A program made the translations under genes and the position numbers. A DNA stretch of 53,908 nt, the filler included, from Bdellovibrionales bacterium RIFOXYD12_FULL_39_22 (GTDB lineage: Bacteria > Bdellovibrionota > Bacteriovoracia > Bacteriovoracales > Bacteriovoracaceae), in NCBI GenBank assembly GCA_001770205.1. It is 3 parts of 3 records of this genome, joined end to end, with 100 filler letters (N's around TTAATTAATTAA, not from the genome) between each part and the next. Parts side by side here need not be neighbours in the genome. Positions count along the whole stretch, not along the records: positions 1 to 23,759 come from MEQL01000046.1; positions 23,860 to 39,030 come from MEQL01000058.1; 1 more part is not named here. One strand, 5' to 3'. The first letter of the stretch is position 1; each line of letters opens with the position of its first letter. Positions 17,453-25,397 of the stretch are shown here, one piece after another. The notes under the pieces were generated by a model. It did no database searches and had not been told where the DNA came from. It saw only the letters and a program-made list of their open reading frames with translations.

Positions 17453-18156
17453 GCTGTCCAAAAGTTTTTATACCAGCCTGGCCGTATACAGAGCTAATGA
17501 ACATTATTGGACAATGGAAGATCATTGATGTTGCCTCGCTCAAAGAGCTCTGCTCATATAAAATGAAAAAACACAATTTCTTGTTGAAAATTAGAAATCT
17601 TGAAAAGGCCGGGCTAATTAGTGGTGTGCGTGATGGCAGGAAGCAAAAGCATGTATATTTAACAAGCAAAGGAGTAGGCCTTAGCGAATTTAATAAAAGC
17701 GATCAACTTTGTGATGAGAACATTACTCACGATATAATAGCAAGCAATGTCCTTCGAAAACTTTTAGCGTTTGCAAATTTCTTTAACGGTCGTATGTGTT
17801 ATGCAGGAACAGAAGACAAAGTGCTTCCTGACGCTGAAATAGAGGCCATTAGGCAAAATAAAAAATACACCCTGGCCATAGAGGTGGAACTGACTCAAAA
17901 GGCCTCTAGTCGAATTAAAGAGAAATTTGGATATTACGCTTTAAGCAAACGCTACGACTTTTGTCTTTTTATCACGAACAAGCCACAGCTATGTAAGGCA
18001 TACCTCTCGTATCTTAGGGAGATGGATGCATCTGTAGTAAAGAGGATTGTCTTTATGGTGGATCGGACTATGACAGTTTCTGAATTTAATTTTTTTGAGG
18101 CAGACTGTTTTTATATGGGAAATCAGAAGAAGTTTATAGAAATTTTTGGAGATTAG
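17449..18156 (+). CDS. Replic_Relax-like protein (wHTH + PD-(D/E)xK), candidate relaxase
   Basis: wHTH (LEKAGLI..VYLTSKG), HD, LPDAEI, AIEVELTQKASSRIKEKF; coupled to the T4CP. Confidence 0.7.
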   Translation: MSCPKVFIPAWPYTELMNIIGQWKIIDVASLKELCSYKMKKHNFLLKIRNLEKAGLISGVRDGRKQKHVYLTSKGVGLSEFNKSDQLCDENITHDIIASNVLRKLLAFANFFNGRMCYAGTEDKVLPDAEIEAIRQNKKYTLAIEVELTQKASSRIKEKFGYYALSKRYDFCLFITNKPQLCKAYLSYLREMDASVVKRIVFMVDRTMTVSEFNFFEADCFYMGNQKKFIEIFGD

Positions 18157-18161
18157 ATGGC

Positions 18162-18339
18162 ACTTAACTATGACTTAACTAAACTTAACTATCGTTTTGC
18201 CCCTGCTTGTTTTGCCGAATCATTCCAAGCAATTATGGTGTCGCGTATTTTGACCACCCCCTCTCAACGAAATTCGATGGGGTGGTCAAAATACGCTAAC
18301 CAAATGCAGGTTTGTTCGGCAGTTTTAGCAGGGGCAATT
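18162..18339. other. Candidate oriT/origin: three ACTTAACTA repeats plus a nested long inverted repeat
   Basis: ACTTAACTA at 18162, 18173 and 18183. Perfect 18-bp arms at 18243-18260 / 18279-18296. Outer arms TTGCCCCTGCT/AGCAGGGGCAA and TGCCGAA/TTCGGCA. Confidence 0.55.
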
Positions 18340-18370
18340 TGAAGAGTAAGAATCTGAAAGGAGTTAATTT

Positions 18371-18772
18371 ATGATTGGAGATTTTAAGAAAGTAAAAGAA
18401 GAAGAGAAAAAGAATATAGAAGAGAAAACAAAAAAGAGAGGCAGGCGCCAGAATAATGTTAGAGAGGAGTATGTACTAAATCGTGAGCAGACCAAATTTT
18501 TTGTCGACCTATCCAAAGATAAAACATCCCTGGAGTTAGTTTTTAAACTACTGCTAGATGCAAATAAGAAAAACTATGGTGCTGAAATTACCTTCAAGGA
18601 GTTGTCGATTTATGCTCTGGAGCGACTTACCCCAAAAGACATTGAGAAGATTCAAGAGGGAAGCATGACCCAAATGGAAAAGGTCGAACGAGCACTAAAT
18701 GATTACAATCAAAAAAATGGTGTGACGTTGTCTCTTGGCGATTTTCTCGTCAAGAAACTTAATATTACCTAG
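18371..18772 (+). CDS. Hypothetical basic protein, possible DNA-binding or relaxosome accessory
   Basis: 133-aa ORF with AAGGAG RBS and a K/R-rich N-terminus. Confidence 0.55.
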   Translation: MIGDFKKVKEEEKKNIEEKTKKRGRRQNNVREEYVLNREQTKFFVDLSKDKTSLELVFKLLLDANKKNYGAEITFKELSIYALERLTPKDIEKIQEGSMTQMEKVERALNDYNQKNGVTLSLGDFLVKKLNIT

Positions 18773-18790
18773 ACAATGGAGGTGTTGATT

Positions 18791-19105
18791 ATGGAAAACA
18801 AAGAACAAATTTATCTTGGGAGATTGGGAAAAAATCCAGAGTTGCAATACACAATGAATAATAAGGCAGTTTGCTATTTAGCAGTAGCAATTAACAAAAA
18901 AGGAGAGGGGGATATAAATAAAACGGAATGGATGCGTGTTGTTGTTTGGGGTAAGCAAGCCGAAATCTGCCCGCTCTTTTTAAAGAAAGGGTACGAGGTA
19001 TTTGTTCATGGGACCGCGCGGGTGAGAGAATTTATCAACAAAGCTGGAGAGAAAAAACAATATGAGGAGATAAGTGCAAGATTGATTGGCTTTCCAACGA
19101 CCTAA
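18791..19105 (+). CDS. ssb: Single-stranded DNA-binding protein (OB fold only, no acidic tail)
   Basis: LGRLGKNPEL, TEWMRVVVWGKQAE, LKKGYEVFVHG. Lacks the DDDIPF C-terminus. Confidence 0.88.
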   Translation: MENKEQIYLGRLGKNPELQYTMNNKAVCYLAVAINKKGEGDINKTEWMRVVVWGKQAEICPLFLKKGYEVFVHGTARVREFINKAGEKKQYEEISARLIGFPTT

Positions 19106-19125
19106 CATTTAATCAAGGGAGGAGT

Positions 19126-19395
19126 ATGGCCGAAAACATTTTAAATCTGGATTACAATTTGTCTCTTCCACGATATAGTGGCATTCCCGAATCGAAAGAT
19201 GTTGGGACGCTCTTTAACAATTTAATATGGTTGACGACGAAAGAAGCTTCTGTTTACTTGCGAAAAAGTGTGAATGCCATTCATACATTAGTTTCGCGTA
19301 GAAAACTTAGGGCCAGAAAATTTACCAATCGCCTCTATTTTAAAAGAGATGAATTGGATTATCTTATTGAAACTTCCCAACTTAAGGGAGGTTGA
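19126..19395 (+). CDS. Excisionase-like HTH protein
   Basis: WLTTKEASVYLRKS..I..LV....L.A.K...RLYFKRDELD; directly upstream of the integrase. Confidence 0.8.
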   Translation: MAENILNLDYNLSLPRYSGIPESKDVGTLFNNLIWLTTKEASVYLRKSVNAIHTLVSRRKLRARKFTNRLYFKRDELDYLIETSQLKGG

Positions 19396-19397
19396 TT

Positions 19398-20552
19398 ATG
19401 GCCGTAATGAAATATGTAGAAAATGGGAAGGATCTTTGGAGGGTTTATGTTCATATAAGAAGCAGAACCAATAAAAAGAAACGATTCCAACAATCTATTT
19501 TTTGCTTGAACTCAGAAGATGAAGCTAGACGAGAAGAAAAGAAACTAATACGCCAATTATCCACAGATGCACAAAAGTATGACGGACTTGGTTTAACTTG
19601 GGGTGATGTTGTTCATTTATGGTGGAAAGATGTTCAGGCTGGCTACGTTGGTAAAATAACTGAAAATTCTGCCAGAGGGTATTTAAGCACCATTAATAAG
19701 TGGACTACTCACTGGAATAATAATCCTGCAGCACAATTAACTAGAGCTGATGGACGTAAACTTATCCAGAAATTAGAACAGGCAAATTTATCTAGATCCT
19801 ATCAGAAAAAAGTTAAAAATATTATTAACAAGGTTTTTGAATGGGGTGTTGAATTTGGATTTATCATTGGAGCTGATTGCTCTCCGTTAAAAGGACTGTT
19901 GATTGAAAAAGGAGAGGAAAAGGTTCCGGAAATTCTTTCGCTGGAAGAGATTCGGAAATTTTTAAATGCAGCAAAGATGGTTAACCATCACTGGTATCCT
20001 GTCTGGGCCTTTGCAGTACTCACAGGAATGAGGAGTGGTGAATTGCATGCTTTGACCTGGGAGCAGATTGATTTTGAGAAAAATCTTATTTTAGTTGATC
20101 GTTCTTACGATGCAAATATGAAAAAAGTAGGTCCAACTAAAGCAAGATACTGGCGAACTGTTCCAATTAATAATAGTCTCCGTAAACTTATTTTAGATTT
20201 AAAGCGCGATCCTGAGCGCTTGAATTCCGAATATGTACTACCGAGAAGTAAAGATTGGGATAATGGGGACCAGGCAGTGCCACTTAAAAACTTTTTAAAA
20301 TCAATTAAGCTCAAACAAATAAAGTTCCACGCGCTACGTGCATGCTTTGCAACACAGATGCTGGCCAACGGAGTTCCATCTCCAATAGTAATGAAAATTG
20401 GAGGTTGGAAAAAATCAGCAACGATGGATATCTATCTTCGACTTGCTGGTGTTGACACAAAAGGTGCAACAGACTGCTTACAGTTTACTCCAGACGATAT
20501 TATCTTTGGGGATAATGTTGTGACCCTTTTTGGAAAGCAGGTGGAAGCATGA
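19398..20552 (+). CDS. int: Tyrosine recombinase/integrase
   Basis: TGMRSGEL (R), PTK (K), FHALR (HxxR), GGW, and MDIY (Y). Confidence 0.95.
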   Translation: MAVMKYVENGKDLWRVYVHIRSRTNKKKRFQQSIFCLNSEDEARREEKKLIRQLSTDAQKYDGLGLTWGDVVHLWWKDVQAGYVGKITENSARGYLSTINKWTTHWNNNPAAQLTRADGRKLIQKLEQANLSRSYQKKVKNIINKVFEWGVEFGFIIGADCSPLKGLLIEKGEEKVPEILSLEEIRKFLNAAKMVNHHWYPVWAFAVLTGMRSGELHALTWEQIDFEKNLILVDRSYDANMKKVGPTKARYWRTVPINNSLRKLILDLKRDPERLNSEYVLPRSKDWDNGDQAVPLKNFLKSIKLKQIKFHALRACFATQMLANGVPSPIVMKIGGWKKSATMDIYLRLAGVDTKGATDCLQFTPDDIIFGDNVVTLFGKQVEA

Positions 20553-21061
20553 AAGAACCAAACTTAGCAGTCATTGAAAAAATGATTTATGTAATTCGCG
20601 GCTATAGAGTTATGCTCGATAGTGATTTGGCAGAACTTTACGAAGTAGAAACAGGTCAATTAAACAGACAAGTCCGACGAAATGCATCAAGATTTCCTGA
20701 TGATTTTATGTTTGAACTGAATGCAGAGGAGTTTGAAGTTTTGAAATGCCAAATTGGCATAGCAAAATCTGGAAGTGGTGGTAGGCAAACTCCACCATTG
20801 GTTTTTACCGAAAATGGAGTTGCAATGCTTTCAAGTGTATTGAGAAGTGAAATTGCTGTTCAGGTTAATATTTCTATTATGCGAATTTTTACTAAACTTA
20901 GGAGCTTTCTATTATTAGAGAAAAATTTGACTGATAGGATGAATTTACTCGAAAGAAATACTAACAAGATGTTTAAAATTGTTTTCGAGCGACTTGATGA
21001 GCATGAAGAGGTGCTTCCAGCAAACCGAAAGAGGATTGGCATTAAAATTAACGATGATTAG
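20549..21061 (+). CDS. ORF6N (KilA-N-like) domain DNA-binding protein
   Basis: IRGYRVMLDSDLAELYEVET..LNRQVRRN..RFPDDFMFEL and VFTENGVAMLSSVLRS. Confidence 0.92.
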   Translation: MKEPNLAVIEKMIYVIRGYRVMLDSDLAELYEVETGQLNRQVRRNASRFPDDFMFELNAEEFEVLKCQIGIAKSGSGGRQTPPLVFTENGVAMLSSVLRSEIAVQVNISIMRIFTKLRSFLLLEKNLTDRMNLLERNTNKMFKIVFERLDEHEEVLPANRKRIGIKINDD

Positions 21062-21067
21062 ATTAAT

Positions 21068-21103
21068 TAAGCGAGAGATTAATAAACTTAAATCTCTCGC
21101 TTA
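21068..21103 (+). terminator. Hairpin after the int-ORF6N operon
   Basis: 13-bp stem TAAGCGAGAGATT/AATCTCTCGCTTA. Confidence 0.6.
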
Positions 21104-21401
21104 TATCTTCTATCAGTTTTTTATTAGAAGTATGTTTCTTTCACAGATAAAATAATTAAAAATTCGTCGTTCAATCAATTCATTTAATGATGCTCGATTT
21201 TGCTAAGTAAATTATTCAAGTAGCTTACATCATTGAGAATTTTATAAAAACTATGGAATCCTCCACTCAGATTCTACTCTTTTGATCAATCATCACCGAA
21301 ATTTCCCTACTTATTTAAAATTATTAGCAACTGGTTTCAATTATTTATGATCTTTAACCGATCATCAAACTGTCTAGAATTGTCCCTCCCTTTCTCCTGT
21401 A

Positions 21402-21542
21402 GGCTTAATTGGGCTTAGAGTTGTGCTTAGAGCGTTTGCAAAAAGGCCTAAGCACAACTTGCAACTCAGCAGCTTCCCCAATCGTCGATTAACCTATTAT
21501 TTCGGAGACGTAGGGTGAGTGGTCAAATCCCACTCACCCCTA
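21402..21542 (+). other. Candidate att site: arm-type repeats plus a degenerate 3' half of tRNA-Pro
   Basis: GCTTA(A/G) x3 and the IR AGTTGTGCTTAG/CTAAGCACAACT (21419-21459), then TTCGGAGACGTAGGGTGAGTGGTCAAATCCCACTCACCCCTA, which resembles tRNA-Pro(CGG) from anticodon to acceptor. Confidence 0.55.
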
Positions 21543-21609
21543 TTTCTGGATCACCACATTTAGTGAGTGGCCCAAAGCGTTTCCCGTCGGATAGGAAAAA
21601 GGACAACAA

Positions 21610-21960
21610 ATGGACACAACAAAAACAGATAAGAAAAGAATTCGGAAAATTATAGTTACACCTGAGGCTAAAATTCTTAGGGAACTGAGAAATCAGAAGG
21701 GACTTTCCCAACGACAGTTGGCAAAACGAATGAATACTTCTCAGACCAAGGTAAATCATACAGAAAGTGGGCGCACAAGTGTGACCCAAAATTATATTGC
21801 GAACTTTTTGTCAGCGATTGACTCAGATCGTAAAGTTTGGGCAAAAATGCTAGGCCTAGGGGATATGGAGAATGATCTTCGAATACAATGCAAAGCGCTC
21901 ATTGATCAGATGAATATAAAAAGAGTGAGAGTGCTTTTTGATTTTCTTACGAGGTTTTAA
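21610..21960 (+). CDS. XRE-family HTH regulator
   Basis: LRELRNQKGLSQRQLAKRMNTSQTKVNHTESG. Confidence 0.88.
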   Translation: MDTTKTDKKRIRKIIVTPEAKILRELRNQKGLSQRQLAKRMNTSQTKVNHTESGRTSVTQNYIANFLSAIDSDRKVWAKMLGLGDMENDLRIQCKALIDQMNIKRVRVLFDFLTRF

Positions 21961-22112
21961 AATGCACCAATCGGGCATCTACAATTTTTTACTAATTATT
22001 TTTTTTCATACCACATTTTTTCAAAAAGCAATATCATGCCATTTTCCGTTACCAAGGCGCTGTCATTTTTTCCTTCTTGCGATGTTACATTTAAATTGAA
22101 ATAATCTATTTC

Positions 22113-22871
22113 ATGCAAATACAACCAATTTCATATATTTCTAAAATATTATGGCGATTTTATGGGGGATCTGCTCCAGATGATCCCCAACAAGGAATTA
22201 AAGATATTCAGTACATTATTAAAGCCGATAAAATTGTTTTAAAACCATTCCACGGATTAACAGGATATAATTCACAATATAAACGTAAAGTCGTTTTTGA
22301 AAATGCTGGATTTGAAGAACCTGAAAAATCAATTGATGTTGTCGAAGAAACAATTTATGCATACGAGCCAAAAGCTGTATGTTTTTGTGATATACCCATA
22401 AATCATTTACCTGAACATATGAAGAAGTATAATTGTGTGGGATTAGGAATTGATAGAAATTTCCTCGCATATCAGTCTAAAGATTTGCAACCAGTCAGAT
22501 ACTATAACATTAAGGATAAGTCTGAATTAAACAATTCGGTTGAAGGGATTTTTGACGTTATACATGAGTCACCCAAGATATTAGCAATGAAACCTTTCGT
22601 AAAGATACCTACATTATTTCGAGGACAGCGGTTACTTTCAGGCATGCTAAAAGATGAGGACTCATTATTTGCACCATCAGAAGGTTTTGATTCTATTTAT
22701 GAAGAGCGAGAATGGAGGTTGTTTGAAGAAATTGAAATCCCTTTCGATAAAATTTCTTTTTTAATACTTCCATCTAGAAACATGGATGATATAGGTAGTC
22801 TTAAAGCGATTTTGGATAGTCGAGTCGGTATAATTTATGCTGATGAATTATTTACTGAGGTGGGGAAGTGA
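22113..22871 (+). CDS. AbiGi-family protein
   Basis: VCFCDIP..L..HMKKY...GLG, LQPVRY and EEREWR motifs. Confidence 0.72.
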   Translation: MQIQPISYISKILWRFYGGSAPDDPQQGIKDIQYIIKADKIVLKPFHGLTGYNSQYKRKVVFENAGFEEPEKSIDVVEETIYAYEPKAVCFCDIPINHLPEHMKKYNCVGLGIDRNFLAYQSKDLQPVRYYNIKDKSELNNSVEGIFDVIHESPKILAMKPFVKIPTLFRGQRLLSGMLKDEDSLFAPSEGFDSIYEEREWRLFEEIEIPFDKISFLILPSRNMDDIGSLKAILDSRVGIIYADELFTEVGK

Positions 22872-23590
22872 AACGTAGAGATATACTTACTTTTTTAGCA
22901 AAGCAATTTGATAGAATTGGTACAAACTATCCCATGTATGAGATAAAACTAGACACTTCTGTTGACTCTACTATTACAGTTCCAAGAACATTGTTTATCG
23001 AAGCAGATAAAGATAGGGATATTATTGTAAATTGGTTTAAAAATTTTGGAATAAGCCTATCCGATGATCACATAAGACGATATAGCAACAAATCAGACTT
23101 GGTAAGTAGTGATCTCATTAGTGTTGATCAACTAAACTTAACAAACAATTGGCGCGGACGATTAATTAAATGGTCTAAACTATCTAGCATTTCTGGAAGA
23201 GATGATTTTGAAAAAACGATATTGAAATCTTATTGGAGATTAATTGTAACTAAAAATAGCGATGATTTTTTTACGCGTCATGAAATTACGCCTTACTACT
23301 ATAGCCCAGGGTACAGTACTGCAGGATTCGATAGCTTTAAATCTGGAATTGATTCTTTTTTGAAATTCCTTGACTCTATGACCGATGTCGGCCAGACAGA
23401 TAGTGTTTACGATCAAGTTGTGATACTTGCGAGAAAAGAGCCGGATAAGGTCTTTACCAAATGTATTCCAGCATTTTTTAATAATGAAGAATTAATTACC
23501 TTAAAAACTCTGCAAAAAGAAATCCATTCTTACGGTAAAAATGCTGTTAGTGCTCAAATTGAGTCTTCGATTAACATAGCTTTTAAATAG
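22868..23590 (+). CDS. Hypothetical protein coupled to the AbiGi-like gene
   Basis: 240-aa ORF with a GTGA overlap; no recognisable motif. Confidence 0.6.
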   Translation: MKRRDILTFLAKQFDRIGTNYPMYEIKLDTSVDSTITVPRTLFIEADKDRDIIVNWFKNFGISLSDDHIRRYSNKSDLVSSDLISVDQLNLTNNWRGRLIKWSKLSSISGRDDFEKTILKSYWRLIVTKNSDDFFTRHEITPYYYSPGYSTAGFDSFKSGIDSFLKFLDSMTDVGQTDSVYDQVVILARKEPDKVFTKCIPAFFNNEELITLKTLQKEIHSYGKNAVSAQIESSINIAFK

Positions 23591-23759
23591 TTGTATTATT
23601 TAACTTCCCACTCTGGGTTAACGATAAAAAGAATTATTAAGAAAAACAGAAGAAGTGATACTTAAGAGTAAGGCTTTCACAGATAATATTTTAAGTTAAA
23701 AAAAATAAAAAAAATGCATTTTATGACGCACCGCAGGCCTTCCCATAGCTTGAAAAATA

Positions 23760-23859
23760 NNNNNNNNNNNNNNNNNNNNNNNNNNNNNNNNNNNNNNNNN
23801 NNNTTAATTAATTAANNNNNNNNNNNNNNNNNNNNNNNNNNNNNNNNNNNNNNNNNNNN
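23760..23859. other. Assembly gap with artificial TTAATTAATTAA linker
   Basis: N run containing an all-frame stop linker. Confidence 0.97.
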
Positions 23860-24048
23860 AACGTGTCTTGACTGGCCACAATTCATGCAACCATATTCAA
23901 CGTACCCAAAAGTTGGATCGCCACAGGAGATCGTTTTTTTAATTATGGAGTCGTAATAATCTGTTGCATATCCAGTATGTTTTTGCTTAAACTTGTCCCA
24001 GAAATCTTCCAAGATTTCTATGAAGGGGTTGTTCTTCTTTTTTGTCAC
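23860..24048 (-). CDS. IS91-family transposase, N-terminal zinc-binding domain (partial, runs into the gap)
   Basis: FWDKF...IKKTISCGDPTFGYVEYGCMNCG matches the Zn_Tnp_IS91 pattern. Confidence 0.82.
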
Positions 24049-24495
24049 AGATTAAGTTTAACGACCTCTTCTCTACTTTATCCACAAAAAATTAAAGATT
24101 TAGTCAGAATACTGGACTACCAAACTCGGACTATGTTCAACTTAGGTGACAAAAAAGGAATTTCCCATAGATAAAATAAAGGCAGTAGAGTTTTCGGAAA
24201 TGGTTGAGTTACCAAAAACAAGAGTGAGTGATATTTTAAATTATAAAACAGATAACTACACCGTAGACCGATTGCTTTTGTATGCAAATAANNNNNNNNN
24301 NNGCAAATAAATTGGCCGAGATTGATCCACAAACAAAAGAACATTTGCATCTAATGTTTGGAATATTGAGTGGCCCCGTACGTTCAGTAAGAGAAACCAA
24401 GCAAATTGAAAAAGAACTACTTTGAAAACGTGCATAGTATTAACAATAAGTTTTTGGTGGCCACCATTCTTCTTAACTTCCACCTCGAAAATAAA

Positions 24496-24798
24496 CTAAG
24501 AAACTTTTAACTCAGCGTCTTTATCCAACTGGCCAAGCAGTTCGTATAGGCGGTCAATTGTGAAATGCTCCGTCTTATATTTTACAATCCAATTAATTCT
24601 TGATCGATCAATGCCCAATCTTCGGGCCAATTCGGCCTGAGTCAATTTGTGATCTTGAAGGTAGATAACAATTTTTTTGCAAAGTTGATATTTTACTTTG
24701 TCCACATTGCTAGCATCTGCTGGCAAGACCTCGGCAAAGTCATCTTCGGAAATGGCATTTAGAATATCGGCAATTTGATTTTTGTCTGGGTATCTCAT
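24496..24798 (-). CDS. XRE/HigA-like HTH antitoxin
   Basis: KYQLCKKI..LTQAELARRLGIDRSRINWIVKYKTEHFTIDRL. Confidence 0.8.
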   Translation of the reverse strand: MRYPDKNQIADILNAISEDDFAEVLPADASNVDKVKYQLCKKIVIYLQDHKLTQAELARRLGIDRSRINWIVKYKTEHFTIDRLYELLGQLDKDAELKVS

Positions 24799-25092
24799 TT
24801 TATCCTCCTATCTCTAAACGCAGTGATAACTCCAATATAAAGCGAATTTTCCTCAAGTAACCATACCAATTTGTACCACTGGTTATTATCCTTCACAGTG
24901 AAAGCGAAGTACTGGAAGCCGCTATTTTCCTTCGTCGGTTCAAATCGCCCACCATCTAAATAAGTAACTAGCCTCTTAATAAGAACATCATCAATGTGAT
25001 CAGCATGCTTATCTATATGATCATCAACGATCAACTTCGTTATCACTCTCTTAATTAACATTAATTGCAGCTATCTCGTACTCACGTCTCAT
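24795..25092 (-). pseudogene. Putative toxin (RelE/BrnT-like) of a toxin-first TA pair, apparently frameshifted
   Basis: ORF 24795-25061 ends YKLVWLLE..IGVITAFR. An upstream ATG at 25092 (MRREYEIAAINVN) is one base out of frame. Confidence 0.5.
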
Positions 25093-25107
25093 TCGTCCAT
25101 CATAGCA

Positions 25108-25131
25108 CGTGTTGCATATTTTTGCAACACG
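25108..25131. promoter_or_regulatory. Operator-like palindrome upstream of the TA pair
   Basis: CGTGTTGCA-N6-TGCAACACG. Confidence 0.6.
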
Positions 25132-25397
25132 CATGATTTTTCAAATAAATAAATCACTACTCTGATTAATAAGTTCCCCTATTCGGCATCATAGAAATAC
25201 GTGCCATAAATATTGCTTAGCCTGATATTATTGAGCACTGCCTCTAATAATGGGCTGCAGCCTTTGACACTAGGAAATCTCAACTAGCTTAAATCACAAT
25301 CTGCCAACCATGATATTGTCAGTGAAAACAAATTAGGCCTAAAGATGTGTTAAAATTGACCGTAACGAATATATAACCAGAATCGTCGGAGTTGCTT

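Larger units (their letters stand above)
6604..21542 (+). mobile_element. ICE backbone (the cargo at 82-6603 is probably also inside; left end not in window)
   Basis: Co-oriented VirB-like operon, VirB4, T4CP, candidate relaxase, SSB, Xis and tyrosine integrase, ending at a tRNA-derived att-like site. Confidence 0.85.
23668..24170 (-). mobile_element. IS91-family rolling-circle element; interior collapsed in the assembly gap
   Basis: Transposase N-terminus is present, one end is repeated at 1..81, and the flanks rejoin in frame with no target duplication. Confidence 0.8.
23628..24425 (+). pseudogene. XRE/HigA-like antitoxin pseudogene split by the IS91-like element
   Basis: Joining 23667 to 24171 gives in-frame KELLRKTEEVILKNKIKAVEFSEMVELPKTRVSDILNYKTDNYTVDRLLLYANKL, which aligns without gaps to the HTH protein at 24496-24798. 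Confidence 0.7.

Noticed and set aside
21501..21542. Functional tRNA-Pro gene
   Set aside because: The 5' half is absent, the T loop is altered and there is no CCA.
1..23748. Whole 23.7 kb as one transposon with 81-bp terminal inverted repeats
   Set aside because: The right copy belongs to an IS extending outward (23668-24170) whose empty site is reconstructable, and the left copy interrupts a gene. Two independent insertions explain it better.
23760..23859. TTAATTAATTAA inside N runs (also at 39031-39130) as a biological motif
   Set aside because: It is an artificial scaffold linker with stops in all frames.
24284..24309. GCAAATA duplicated around the 12-N gap as a target-site duplication
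   Set aside because: It is a contig-overlap artefact; the reading frame is continuous when the copies are merged.
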